In this document: positions 18,549 to 27,534 of the stretch, in pieces
Layout: every line of letters starts with the position of its first letter
Position numbering within the stretch: the first letter of the stretch is position 1
From: Gemmatimonadota bacterium
GTDB taxonomy: Bacteria > Latescibacterota > UBA2968 > UBA8231
DNA length: 64,000 nucleotides
Assembly: GCA_038128265.1 (NCBI GenBank)
Contig: JAYPJE010000007.1
Span: forward strand, 8,384 to 72,383
Direction: 5' to 3'
Notes under the pieces: generated by a model
What the model was told of the DNA's origin: nothing
Seen by the model: the letters and a program-made list of their open reading frames with translations, nothing else
Database searches by the model: none
Program-made: the position numbers and the translations under genes

Positions 18549-18576
18549 AAGATAGGGGGGATTAAAAAACTGTCAA
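18549..18576 (-). promoter_or_regulatory. Candidate sigma70-type promoter for tRNA-Tyr
   Basis: The minus strand reads TTGACA-N16-TATCTT, ending about 23 nt upstream of the mature tRNA 5' end. The same TTGAC(A/T)-N16/17-TATC(T/A)T architecture recurs at 30832 and 50642. Confidence 0.4.
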
Positions 18577-18581
18577 CACTT

Positions 18582-19430
18582 TCACGCCTCGCTAGACAGG
18601 CTTTTAAGCGTTCCGTTCCGCGAGGGATGACGTAGCTTGCTAAGCGCTCTCTCTTTGAGTTGGCGAATGCGCTCGCGGGTTAAGTTCATCATGTCGCCGA
18701 TCTCTTCGAGCGTTAGCGCCTCATTGCCGTCAAGACCAAAATAGAGACGGATAATGCGAAGTTCGCGTTCGTCCAACGTGTTGAGCGCATTCTCGAGCTG
18801 GACTCTGGCTGACTCGCGCAGAACGTCGGCATCGGGTGCCTCTAGAGACTGGTCGGGCAGCGTGTTGAGAAGGCTGCGTTCGTCATCGTCGGTGAAAGAC
18901 TCATCAAGAGAGCATACGGAACGGGCACTTAGGATGGTTTCTAAGATCTCTTCGGCGGGAACATCGAGTTCTTGTGCAATCTCTTCTACGTCAGGATCGC
19001 CTTCGCGGTCTTGCCCTAGCTTGCGAGATGCTTTGGATATGTCTTTTAAGAGACTGACTTTGTTGAGGGGGAGTCGGACCGTGCGCACGTGTTCGGCTAG
19101 CGTTTGTAATATGGATTGTCGAATCCACCAGACAGCGTAGGAGATGAATTTGTAGCCTTTTGTGCCGTCAAAGCGATCTGCTGCGGTTATCAGCCCCAGA
19201 TTACCAGCACTAATAAGGTCGGAAAGAGAGAGCCCTCGGTTCTGATATTTCTTTGCTACGTCGACGACAAAGCGGAGATTGGCGCGAATCATTTCGTCTC
19301 GGGCCCTCATGTCGCCATTTTTAATGCGTTCTGCTAGCTCTACTTCACGCTCGCGGCTAAGCGGCGTAGATTCGGCGATATCGTCGAAGTAGAGTCGTAG
19401 GGTACTCTCCTCGTCGTGCAGATTCTGCAT
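18582..19430 (-). CDS. RNA polymerase sigma factor, RpoD/SigA family, short form lacking region 1.1 (282 aa)
   Basis: Regions 2-4 are present: ANLRFVVDVAKKYQNRGLSLSDLISAGNLGLITAADRFD, YKFISYAVWWIRQSILQTLAE, VRLPLNKV, LTLEEIGDMMNLTRERIRQLKERALSKLR. The length and the C-terminus (..LKSLSSEA) resemble Bacteroidota-type primary sigma factors. Confidence 0.9.
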   Translation of the reverse strand: MQNLHDEESTLRLYFDDIAESTPLSREREVELAERIKNGDMRARDEMIRANLRFVVDVAKKYQNRGLSLSDLISAGNLGLITAADRFDGTKGYKFISYAVWWIRQSILQTLAEHVRTVRLPLNKVSLLKDISKASRKLGQDREGDPDVEEIAQELDVPAEEILETILSARSVCSLDESFTDDDERSLLNTLPDQSLEAPDADVLRESARVQLENALNTLDERELRIIRLYFGLDGNEALTLEEIGDMMNLTRERIRQLKERALSKLRHPSRNGTLKSLSSEA

Positions 19431-19479
19431 AGTTCCTCTCGTTTATCGTGTAGGGTTAAACGGAGCGATTGTACATAAG

Positions 19480-19728
19480 TTAAGGAGCTCGGTCAAGTTT
19501 TTTATCGCGTGGGGCGGCGGGGCGCAACACGTCGACGATGTATTGGTGCGCGCCCTCGTAGGGCGGATTGCCCATTTCGCGTGCGACCACAAGGGCACTT
19601 TCGACCAAGAGGCGGTCGCCCAGTGCGAGGTCCAGTAGCTGTTGGACGTGGTTGGGGCGCAGGGCAAAGCGGTCAGTCAATAGCTCTATTGCGTCTGTAT
19701 CTTCCGGTTTGATTCCTGTATCGAGCAT
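19480..19728 (-). CDS. Hypothetical protein (82 aa from the internal Met; the ORF could extend to 19788)
   Basis: An ORF on the same strand lies upstream of the sigma gene. I recognised no motif. The start is uncertain (ATG at 19788 or 19728) and neither has a good SD. Confidence 0.3.
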   Translation of the reverse strand: MLDTGIKPEDTDAIELLTDRFALRPNHVQQLLDLALGDRLLVESALVVAREMGNPPYEGAHQYIVDVLRPAAPRDKKLDRAP

Positions 19729-20036
19729 CGAGAATCGCTTGGGTGAATAAGGGGATGGGGCGGAAGCGGCCCTGTCAAAACATACCATTTTGAGGAAGTT
19801 TCCGCTACCTGTGCGGCGCTGTGTAGAAGCGGTGAAAAAGGGCAGATGGAGGGTTGTTATTCGCCCCGATCTTCTGTAAGCAGAGCTAGTTAGCTACAAT
19901 TCTCTGCGTGAGCGGTATGGACCTACTTGAAAAGGTAAAAAAACTCTAAGTATAATAAAAACAGACTATTAAAAATTAAATATAAAAAGTTGATATTTTG
20001 CGCGATTTCCCATCGATGCCGTCCCTCAGCGCGGGC

Positions 20037-20064
20037 GAGCTCGATCTTGTAACGGATCGAGCTC
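20037..20064 (-). terminator. Stem-loop downstream of the amidohydrolase gene
   Basis: A perfect 10-bp inverted repeat GAGCTCGATC / GATCGAGCTC has an 8-nt loop. It starts 13 nt after the minus-strand stop at 20077. No clean U-tract follows directly, but the AT-rich island follows. Confidence 0.35.
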
Positions 20065-20076
20065 ACCTCAGTACAC

Positions 20077-21237
20077 TCAGTCAATGCGCTTGTAGTCACC
20101 GCTCTTGTCCCAATGAGGCCGCGAGCGCCCGTTGGGGTCCCAGACGATGCGGCCCGAGCGCAGGGTGAGCTGACAGTCGAGCAATTGACCGCCATCGTGG
20201 CGTGCCCCGCCTGAATCGACAAAGCCGAAGGAGCCCTCGCGCAGTTCAAACGCGGCAATATCGGCTCCGGCGCCTGCGGTTATATGGCCGAGCTCGGGGC
20301 GGCGAATCACTTTGGCGGCTTTGTGCGTGGAGCGGTAAATCACCTCCTGTAGAGGCATACCCATGGCCAGGAACTTCGACATGGTGACGGGCATGGTCGC
20401 ATTGGGGCGCATGCGGCTGCTCTTGTGCAGGTCTGTGCTAATGGTGTCCGGTGGGAAGCCCTGCTGCATGGCGGGTACCGCAATGCGAAACCAGAACGAG
20501 CCGCCGCCGTGGCCCGTATCGAAAATGATGCCGCGCTTGCGCGCCGCCAGCACGTAGTCGTTGACAACCTTGTCGTCGTCGAGCAGGGGAATGTGCGAAG
20601 CATAGAGGTGGGTGTGGATATCGCCGGGGCTCATGCGCTCGAGCAGCTCCTCGTACGAGCGCGTGGGGCGCGGGGCAAAGTCGATCATGGCGATGGAGTC
20701 GCTCAGGCGGGCGGCCTCGATGGCACCACCCGCTGACTCCCAGCCCGGTCCGCCGAAATGGGCGGACTTCGAACCGACGACGTGTTCGCGATACTGCTTG
20801 ATGGTGGCGGCACAGGGAATGGGATCCATCTCGCTGGTATCCTGCTCCGGGGGGCCCGTCATACCAGCGCCCACGATATTGATGAAGGCCAACACGCGCG
20901 TGGTCGAGCGGTCGATGATGGACGATTTAAAATCGGCGAAATCTTTCCAGCCGGCCCCACCCGTGTCGACCACGGTCGTCACGCCGTTCGTCAGCGAATG
21001 CTGGTCGGGAAAGAGCCAGCCGTCGTAGCCGCCGTAGACGTGCACGTGAATATCGATCAGCCCCGGCGTGACGTAGAGACCGCTCACGTCGACCTCCTTT
21101 GTTGCGCTGCCCTCCAACTGCGGCGATACGGCGGCGACGAGGCCGTCTTTTACGGCGATATCGGCGGGGCCGTCGATATTGTTCCTGGGGTCAATGACGT
21201 GCCCACCGCGCAGCAGAACATCGTATGTTTCGCTCAT
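20077..21237 (-). CDS. Amidohydrolase-superfamily metallohydrolase (dihydroorotase/deacetylase-like)
   Basis: The sequence MSETYDVLLRGGHVIDPRN...IAVKDGLVAAV...VTPGLIDIHVHVYGG carries the HxH metal motif. ATG at 21237 has an AAAGGA SD. The ORF track extends to a TTG at 21255. Confidence 0.8.
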   Translation of the reverse strand: MSETYDVLLRGGHVIDPRNNIDGPADIAVKDGLVAAVSPQLEGSATKEVDVSGLYVTPGLIDIHVHVYGGYDGWLFPDQHSLTNGVTTVVDTGGAGWKDFADFKSSIIDRSTTRVLAFINIVGAGMTGPPEQDTSEMDPIPCAATIKQYREHVVGSKSAHFGGPGWESAGGAIEAARLSDSIAMIDFAPRPTRSYEELLERMSPGDIHTHLYASHIPLLDDDKVVNDYVLAARKRGIIFDTGHGGGSFWFRIAVPAMQQGFPPDTISTDLHKSSRMRPNATMPVTMSKFLAMGMPLQEVIYRSTHKAAKVIRRPELGHITAGAGADIAAFELREGSFGFVDSGGARHDGGQLLDCQLTLRSGRIVWDPNGRSRPHWDKSGDYKRID

Positions 21238-21397
21238 GGCCGATCCTTTCATCAAGTTGGAATGCCGCTACCGGTGGCTGCCGGTGGGCGGCGCGGGCAG
21301 CGTGTTGCCCACTAGGGAATTATTGAGCAAATTGTAGATACTTGAAACCTGTTCATTTAGAGCATGTACTGCAATTTCCAGCAAGGAGAATAAACAA

Positions 21398-22387
21398 ATG
21401 GCTCGCACTGTGAAAGTGGCTGTGACCGGTGCCGCAGGGCAGATAGGATATGCGCTGTTGCCGCGTCTGGCATCGGGCGCTGTATTCGGTCCCGACGTGC
21501 GCGTTTCGCTGCACCTTTTGGAAATCACGCCCGCGCTCAAAGCGCTTGAGGGGGTGGTTATGGAGTTGGACGATTGTGCCTTTCCACTGCTTGACGATAT
21601 CGTCATTACGGATGATGCCGACAAGGCATTTGACGGCATCAACTGGGGGCTGTTGGTGGGGTCTAAGCCGCGCGGCAAGGGTATGGAACGCGGCGATTTA
21701 ATTCGCGAAAACGGCCCCATCTTTGTCGGGCAGGGCAAGGCGCTGGCGCGCGCGGCATCGGACGTGCGCGTGTTGGTTGTGGGTAACCCGGCCAACACCA
21801 ACTGTCTGATCGCCATGCACAATGCCGCGCAAGGCGGAGTGCCGAAAGAGCGCTTTCACGCCATGACGCGCTTAGATCAGAATCGGGCCCAGGCGCAGTT
21901 GGCCAAGAAGGCGGGTGTCAAAGTGGCCGAGGTGACCAATATGGCTATCTGGGGCAATCACAGCGCGACCCAATATCCCGACGCGGAGAATGCGCGCATT
22001 GGCGGGCGTCCGGTGACCGAGGTGATCGGTCACGTGTCGTGGCTACAGGAGGACTTCATAAAGATCGTGCAGCAGCGCGGCGCGGCGGTGATCGAAGCGC
22101 GCGGCCTGTCGTCGGCCGCTTCGGCTGCCAACGCGGCGCTCGACCACGTTATGAGCATGGAGCATGCCACGCCAGAGGGCGACTTCTTTTCGGCCGCCAT
22201 TGCCTCCGATGGCAGCTATGGCGTGGAAGAGGGGTTGATGTTCTCCTTTCCCGTGCGCAGCGACGGGCAGGGAAATTGGAGCATTGTAGAGGGACTCCCG
22301 CTGAGCGGCTTTGCGCGCGAGAAAATTGCCGCCACCGAGGCAGAACTCAAAGAAGAGCGGGCCGTCATAGCCGATTTGCTCTCGTAA
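21398..22387 (+). CDS. mdh: Malate dehydrogenase (long, Thermus/cytosolic-type)
   Basis: Contains [27 protein letters not shown] (Rossmann fold), VGNPANTN and IWGNHS. An AAGGAGA SD lies upstream. Length is 329 aa. Confidence 0.93.
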   Translation: MARTVKVAVTGAAGQIGYALLPRLASGAVFGPDVRVSLHLLEITPALKALEGVVMELDDCAFPLLDDIVITDDADKAFDGINWGLLVGSKPRGKGMERGDLIRENGPIFVGQGKALARAASDVRVLVVGNPANTNCLIAMHNAAQGGVPKERFHAMTRLDQNRAQAQLAKKAGVKVAEVTNMAIWGNHSATQYPDAENARIGGRPVTEVIGHVSWLQEDFIKIVQQRGAAVIEARGLSSAASAANAALDHVMSMEHATPEGDFFSAAIASDGSYGVEEGLMFSFPVRSDGQGNWSIVEGLPLSGFAREKIAATEAELKEERAVIADLLS

Positions 22388-23158
22388 TTGTCCCCTTCTG
22401 AACCGCAGTGGGACGCGTGTCTGTACGACGAGCATCACGGCTACGTAGCTCGTCTGGGCCGCGATTTACTCGAATTGCTGTCCCCCCAGGTCGGGGAATC
22501 CATCCTCGACCTGGGGTGTGGCACAGGCGATTTGACCGTGCGGCTAGCGGATGCTGGATCGCGGGTATTGGGGGTCGACGCCTCGGCCGAAATGGTCGCT
22601 GCGGCCCGTGCCAAGTATCCCCGCCAGACCTTCGAGCAGGCCGACGCGTGTGCGCTTGATCAGGCGCTGTCCGACGATCGGTTTGACGCCGTTTTTTCCA
22701 ATGCCGTTTTACACTGGATTCGCCAGCCCGAACTGGCGCTGCGCCAGATAGCCGCCCGACTGAAAGAGGGGGGGCGCTTGGTATTGGAAATGGGGGGTGC
22801 GCGCAATATTGCAGCTATACGCTCTGGGCTGCTCGAAGCGCGCCGCCGACTGGCGCTGCCCGATGTAGAATCTCCCTGGTATTTTCCCACGTTGGGCGAG
22901 TACAGTGCGCTTGTTGAAGGGAGTGGCCTGCGCGTCGGGGCGGCGTGGCACTTTGCCCGTCCGACGCCAATGGCGGGCGAAGGGGGGCTGCGCAACTGGT
23001 TACTCATGTTTGCCAACGCGTACCTCGACGAGGTGGATTCGCCCATCAGAGAAAAGCTGATTGAGGCCGTCGAAGTCGGCACGCGTGCAGCGCTCTATCG
23101 CGACGGCCAGTGGTGGATCGACTACTGGCGCCTGCGCATCGTTGCCTACAGAGACTGA
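22388..23158 (+). CDS. Class I SAM-dependent methyltransferase (Tam-like)
   Basis: A TTG start sits directly after the mdh TAA. Motif I ILDLGCGTGDLTVRLADAGSRVLGVDAS is present, with post-I and motif II-like FDAVFSNAVLHW. Confidence 0.8.
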   Translation: MSPSEPQWDACLYDEHHGYVARLGRDLLELLSPQVGESILDLGCGTGDLTVRLADAGSRVLGVDASAEMVAAARAKYPRQTFEQADACALDQALSDDRFDAVFSNAVLHWIRQPELALRQIAARLKEGGRLVLEMGGARNIAAIRSGLLEARRRLALPDVESPWYFPTLGEYSALVEGSGLRVGAAWHFARPTPMAGEGGLRNWLLMFANAYLDEVDSPIREKLIEAVEVGTRAALYRDGQWWIDYWRLRIVAYRD

Positions 23159-23164
23159 GGTCGC

Positions 23165-23929
23165 ATGGAAGCGTATCGGGCGCAGTTCTACGACGCATAC
23201 TTTACTGGGGTGGAAGGAGAGGTCGACTTTTACGTTGACGAGGCGGCTGATGTGGGCGGTCCCGTGCTCGAGTTGGGCTGCGGCACAGGACGCGTATTAT
23301 TGCCCATTGCCCGCAGTGGCGTTGAGGTAGTCGGGCTCGATCGATCGCCGCAACTGCTCGCCGTGCTGAGAGAAAAGTTGGGTGGCGAAGAGGAGACAAC
23401 CGCCGGTAGGGTGCGTCTCGTCGAGGCGGATATGGTCGACTTTTCCCTCGAGCAAACGGTGGCGGCAGCCTTTATCCCCTATCGCTCTTTTCAGCACCTA
23501 TTGGATCGGCAAGACCAGGAGCGCGCGCTGCACGCTATAGGGCAGCACCTCGAAGAAGGGGGACGGCTGGTCTTTAATACGTACGACCCACTGGGCGATA
23601 TTGCGCGCGAAGGGCTTGCCTCTCCGATGCGCAAAGACCTCGACTTTTTCGACGAGCGCACAGGGCGTGCAGTGGTCGTCTATTACAGCCGACAGGTTGA
23701 TCCCCAGGTGCAGATCATAGAGCAGGAACTCCTCTTTGAGGAATTCGACGAAGAGGGTGTTTCGTTTGGACGCTGGCTGAGCGTGTTGCAGCTGCGCTGG
23801 ACCCCGCAGGGAGAAATGGCGCATTTGTTGGAGCGCTGCGGTTTCCATGTAGATGCACTATACGGCGATTTTGAGGGGGCACCCTATCCGGGGTACGGGG
23901 AGCAGGTATGGGTAGCCAGCCGCGCGTAA
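23165..23929 (+). CDS. Class I SAM-dependent methyltransferase
   Basis: Contains VLELGCGTGRVLLPIARSGVEVVGLDRSPQLL and RLVEADMVDF. It is the second methyltransferase in tandem and is not a close copy of the first. Confidence 0.8.
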   Translation: MEAYRAQFYDAYFTGVEGEVDFYVDEAADVGGPVLELGCGTGRVLLPIARSGVEVVGLDRSPQLLAVLREKLGGEEETTAGRVRLVEADMVDFSLEQTVAAAFIPYRSFQHLLDRQDQERALHAIGQHLEEGGRLVFNTYDPLGDIAREGLASPMRKDLDFFDERTGRAVVVYYSRQVDPQVQIIEQELLFEEFDEEGVSFGRWLSVLQLRWTPQGEMAHLLERCGFHVDALYGDFEGAPYPGYGEQVWVASRA

Positions 23930-24588
23930 CGGCCTATCGGCATCTGGTCTGGGATTGGAACGGTACGCTCATGGACGACGTGCAGCTATGCTTGGAGATT
24001 ACCAACCTGCTGCTGGCTCGTCGCGCGCTACCCCCAATGGATACCGTTCGCTATCGCGACGTATTCGGCTTTCCCCTGCGCGACTACTGCCAGCGAATCG
24101 GGTTTGATCTGTGCCGCGATTCCTATGAGGCAATCAGCGATGAATTTGCCGAGATATATGAGCAGCGGCGCTACGAGTGTCCGCTGCAAAAAGGAGCCGC
24201 TGCGCTCCTGGCAGAACGCGCCCGGTTAGGAGTCGACCACTCGTTGCTCTCGGCCTATGGTCAGGAGAGACTGGAAGAGATTGTGCATTTCTACGGGTTG
24301 GACTCCTTTTTTTCTGCTGTGGTTGGATTGGACAACGACTATGGCGAAGGCAAGGTCGAGCGCGGCCGACGGCGTATGGAAGAAATGAGTTGGGATGCAG
24401 CCGCTGTGCTCTACGTCGGAGATACGCTCCACGATGCCGAAGTGGCGCGGGCCATGGGGGTCGACTGCCTGCTCATAGCGCACGGTCATCAGAGTCGCGT
24501 CAGGCTGCAGGATGCCGGTTACCCCGTGGTAGACGATTTGGGCGACGTAGAGCCATTTTTGGCAGGTAATTTTGATCCCCGTTCGTGA
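23908..24588 (+). CDS. HAD-superfamily hydrolase (phosphatase-like)
   Basis: The motif I variant is WDWNGTLMDD. Motif IV-like is YVGDTLHDAEVARAMG. It overlaps the upstream gene by 22 nt. Confidence 0.7.
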   Translation: MGSQPRVTAYRHLVWDWNGTLMDDVQLCLEITNLLLARRALPPMDTVRYRDVFGFPLRDYCQRIGFDLCRDSYEAISDEFAEIYEQRRYECPLQKGAAALLAERARLGVDHSLLSAYGQERLEEIVHFYGLDSFFSAVVGLDNDYGEGKVERGRRRMEEMSWDAAAVLYVGDTLHDAEVARAMGVDCLLIAHGHQSRVRLQDAGYPVVDDLGDVEPFLAGNFDPRS

Positions 24589-25777
24589 AGAGTCACTAAG
24601 GGCTTGGTGTGAAGTGCGGGGAGATGCGCTGCGCGCCAATGTGGCGACGCTGCGCTCGCGGCTGGCTCCTGAGGCCTTGTTGGGTGTCGTGGTCAAAAGC
24701 GATGCCTATGGACATGGCCTCGTTCTATGCGCTCGCGAATTTATCGCCGCTGGGGCCGATTGGCTGATAGTGAACTCGCTCGCAGAGGCCGTGCGTCTGC
24801 GCCGAGCAGGTTTGACGGCTCCGGTCTATATCTGCGCACAGGTCGCCCCTTTTGAGGCATCCATCGCCGTTGAGAGCGGGGCGCGCGTCGTGCTCTGCGA
24901 TCGGGACAGTGCGCGCGCGTTGGCCGCTGCTGCCCACCAGCACGGCACCGTGTTGTCCTGTCATATAAAGCTGGAAACGGGGACCCACCGGCAGGGGATC
25001 GCCCCGGAAGACCTGCTGGAATACGCCCGGTGGGTCGAAGGGTTAGAGGGCTTGAAAATCGAGGGGCTGACGACGCACTTTGCCGATATTGAAGACACGG
25101 CTGACCGCGGATTCGCCCAAGAGCAGATGCGTATTCTGTCGGCTGCAGCCGAAACGCTGCGCGCGGGGGGCTTGGATATACCCATGGTTCACGCGGCCAA
25201 TTCGGCGGCTGCGCTGCTGTGGCCTGAAACGCACGGCAGCCTGGTGCGTGTGGGCATTGCCGCCTACGGATTATGGCCCTCCGATACGCTGCGCGAAGTA
25301 GCCGAGGAGCGCCTTCCATTGCCGCCCCGGCTCTGCCCGGCACTCAGTTGGAAAGCGCGCATCGCTCAGGTAAAAACTGTTCCAGAGGGGGGCACGATTG
25401 GCTATGGCCGCACCTTTCGCGCCCCAAAGCCGATGCGCATTGGCATTGTGCCGGTTGGCTATTACGAGGGCTACGATCGTCGCATGTCGAACCGAGGTCA
25501 CGTGCTCATAGACGGCGCGCGTGCCCCCGTGCGCGGTCGCGTCTGTATGAATATGTTTATGATTGACCTGGCCGACGCGCCAGAGGCGCAGCCCGGGCAG
25601 GTAGTGACGCTGCTGGGATCAGAGGGGGAGGAAGAGGTCGGCGCCGATCGATGGGCTTCGTGGATGGACAGCATACACTACGAAGCCGTGAGTCGCATTC
25701 ACCCCGAGCAGCCGCGCTTGCTGCGCGCAGAAGACGGACTGCTCTATTTAGCAGAGGATGCAAAAGCATATGAGTGA
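24572..25777 (+). CDS. alr: Alanine racemase
   Basis: The PLP-lysine motif is VVKSDAYGHGL. RVGIAAYGLWPS and GYGRTF, with PVGYYEGYDR and the VCMNMFMID tail, are also present. The TTG start at 24572 is uncertain. Confidence 0.88.
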   Translation: MIPVREESLRAWCEVRGDALRANVATLRSRLAPEALLGVVVKSDAYGHGLVLCAREFIAAGADWLIVNSLAEAVRLRRAGLTAPVYICAQVAPFEASIAVESGARVVLCDRDSARALAAAAHQHGTVLSCHIKLETGTHRQGIAPEDLLEYARWVEGLEGLKIEGLTTHFADIEDTADRGFAQEQMRILSAAAETLRAGGLDIPMVHAANSAAALLWPETHGSLVRVGIAAYGLWPSDTLREVAEERLPLPPRLCPALSWKARIAQVKTVPEGGTIGYGRTFRAPKPMRIGIVPVGYYEGYDRRMSNRGHVLIDGARAPVRGRVCMNMFMIDLADAPEAQPGQVVTLLGSEGEEEVGADRWASWMDSIHYEAVSRIHPEQPRLLRAEDGLLYLAEDAKAYE

Positions 25778-26669
25778 GACTTGGCGCGGTATTATGCCCA
25801 TCGTGGCCACGCCCTTTACGCGCACGTATGAGTTGGATGAAGCGGGGCTGCGCAAACTGGTGCGCTTCTGCATTGAAGCCGGTGCGACCGGTTTGGTCGG
25901 TCCGGCCAATGCCAGCGAGTTTTCGACGCTTTCCGACGACGAGCGCCGGCGCTGGATCGAAATCGTCGTCGGCGAAGCGGGTGGCCAGGTGCCGGTTATC
26001 GCTGCGGTGACTTCGGGGCACGCGCTGCCAGCCGTGGCCCTGTCCTGCTTTGCCCAGCGCGTGGGGGCAGGAGGCATTATGTCGATGCCGCCGCACGTAC
26101 TGCATCCCGATGCCGGTGGCTGCTATGCCTTTTACGATGCTCTAAGCTCGGCGGTTGATATGCCAATTTGCGTGCAGAATTTCAATCTGCCCATCGGCAC
26201 GCCGATGAGCGCCGAGCTGTTGGCGCGCATGTGTGTTGAGTTGGATGGCGTTCAGTACATAAAGGAGGAGACCGCGCCTGAGCCGCGCCAAATAAGCCGC
26301 ACACTGGAAGCGGCGAAGACGGGTTGCCGCGGCGTTCTGGGTGGACAGGGAGGGATCTACATCATCGACGAATTCCGCCGTGGGGCCTGCGGCAATATGC
26401 CGGGGTGTCATACTACGGATGTATTGGTGGATCTATGGACCAGGCTAGAAGGCGACGACGAGCAGGGAGCCAGAACGCTCTTTAACCAACTGCTGCCGCT
26501 TATGAACTACGAACGGCTTTACGGCGTGGCCGTTTACAAGCTGATACTGCACCGGCGCGGTTTAATTGATACGCCCCTGCGCCGCGCCCCTGGGGGAGAT
26601 CTCGACGCCTACGATATGGCCGAGTTGGACAGCGTGCTGGCCGGCGTCGAACCGCTTTTCCGCCTGTAG
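25770..26669 (+). CDS. DapA/NAL-family class I aldolase (dihydrodipicolinate synthase family)
   Basis: Contains GIMPIVATPFTRTYELDEAGLRKLVRFCIEAGATGLVGPANASEFSTLSDDER. Specificity is not assignable. An alternative ATG lies at 25758. Confidence 0.75.
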   Translation: MSETWRGIMPIVATPFTRTYELDEAGLRKLVRFCIEAGATGLVGPANASEFSTLSDDERRRWIEIVVGEAGGQVPVIAAVTSGHALPAVALSCFAQRVGAGGIMSMPPHVLHPDAGGCYAFYDALSSAVDMPICVQNFNLPIGTPMSAELLARMCVELDGVQYIKEETAPEPRQISRTLEAAKTGCRGVLGGQGGIYIIDEFRRGACGNMPGCHTTDVLVDLWTRLEGDDEQGARTLFNQLLPLMNYERLYGVAVYKLILHRRGLIDTPLRRAPGGDLDAYDMAELDSVLAGVEPLFRL

Positions 26670-26675
26670 GATTCC

Positions 26676-27521
26676 TTGGTTATAGAATCGGCTATAGGTG
26701 CGATAGCGCGCGATGGGTTTTGCCTAGTCGAGGGCGTGCTACCGGGGGATGAACTGCCGGAGATCCGCCGTCAGGTAGTCGCCGCGCAGGCTGCTCACAG
26801 TGCCCAGTCCGAAGCGCAAAAGCAGGCTACGCGCGCGCGCGGTCACCGAGTCGGAGCGCGCGGTGTTGGCAGTATGCGCCAGATTATAAATGCCACGCAG
26901 GCGTTCGCCCCCTATTTAGCCGATCCCCGCATACTCGATATTGTCAAAGCCTGCTTTGGGTCTTGGCCGCGCATTTCCTGCACCGATTGCGTAATAAACG
27001 AGCCGGGCAATGAACGCGGCTATTGGCACGCCGACTGGCCCTATAACGGGACCAACGCATCGCATGTGGCCGCACCCTATCCATACGTGCTTATGCACCT
27101 GTCGACCATTTGGATGCTGAGCGATTTTACCCAGGACAACGGCGCGACCTGGATTTTGCCAGGCAGCCACCGTCAGAGAGAGAACCCTTCGGCCGGCACG
27201 ATGATCGGCGTCGACTGCGATCGGCCGCTGCCCGGGCAAATGCAGGTAGAAGGCCAGGCCGGCAGCGTGCTCCTTTACGACAGTCGACTGTGGCACGCGG
27301 TGGCGGCCAATACCAGCGAGTCTAGCCGCGTGGCGCTCCTAGTGCGCTATGCTCCTTGGTGGCTCAACCTGAATCCCGCGCATCCGGGCACGCCGGAATA
27401 CCAGATGATGGTGGAAGAGACCGGGGGAAAGAACTACGAAGTCCCTCCGCTACGCCGCGAGGTCTTCGATGCCTTGCCGCCCGCCGTGCAGGTGCTCTAC
27501 CGACACTGGGTTCACCCTTAG
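26676..27521 (+). CDS. Phytanoyl-CoA dioxygenase (PhyH)-family Fe(II)/2-oxoglutarate oxygenase
   Basis: Contains DGFCLVEGVL, HADWPY (HxD), WILPGSHR and LWHAVAANTS (distal His). It uses a TTG start. Confidence 0.72.
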   Translation: MVIESAIGAIARDGFCLVEGVLPGDELPEIRRQVVAAQAAHSAQSEAQKQATRARGHRVGARGVGSMRQIINATQAFAPYLADPRILDIVKACFGSWPRISCTDCVINEPGNERGYWHADWPYNGTNASHVAAPYPYVLMHLSTIWMLSDFTQDNGATWILPGSHRQRENPSAGTMIGVDCDRPLPGQMQVEGQAGSVLLYDSRLWHAVAANTSESSRVALLVRYAPWWLNLNPAHPGTPEYQMMVEETGGKNYEVPPLRREVFDALPPAVQVLYRHWVHP

Positions 27522-27534
27522 CGAAAGGCCTGCC

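Noticed and set aside
18423-18635. A 70-aa + strand ORF spans the tRNA-Tyr region.
   Set aside because: It is fully explained by the tRNA gene on the opposite strand plus AT-rich spacer. It has no SD and no coding signal.
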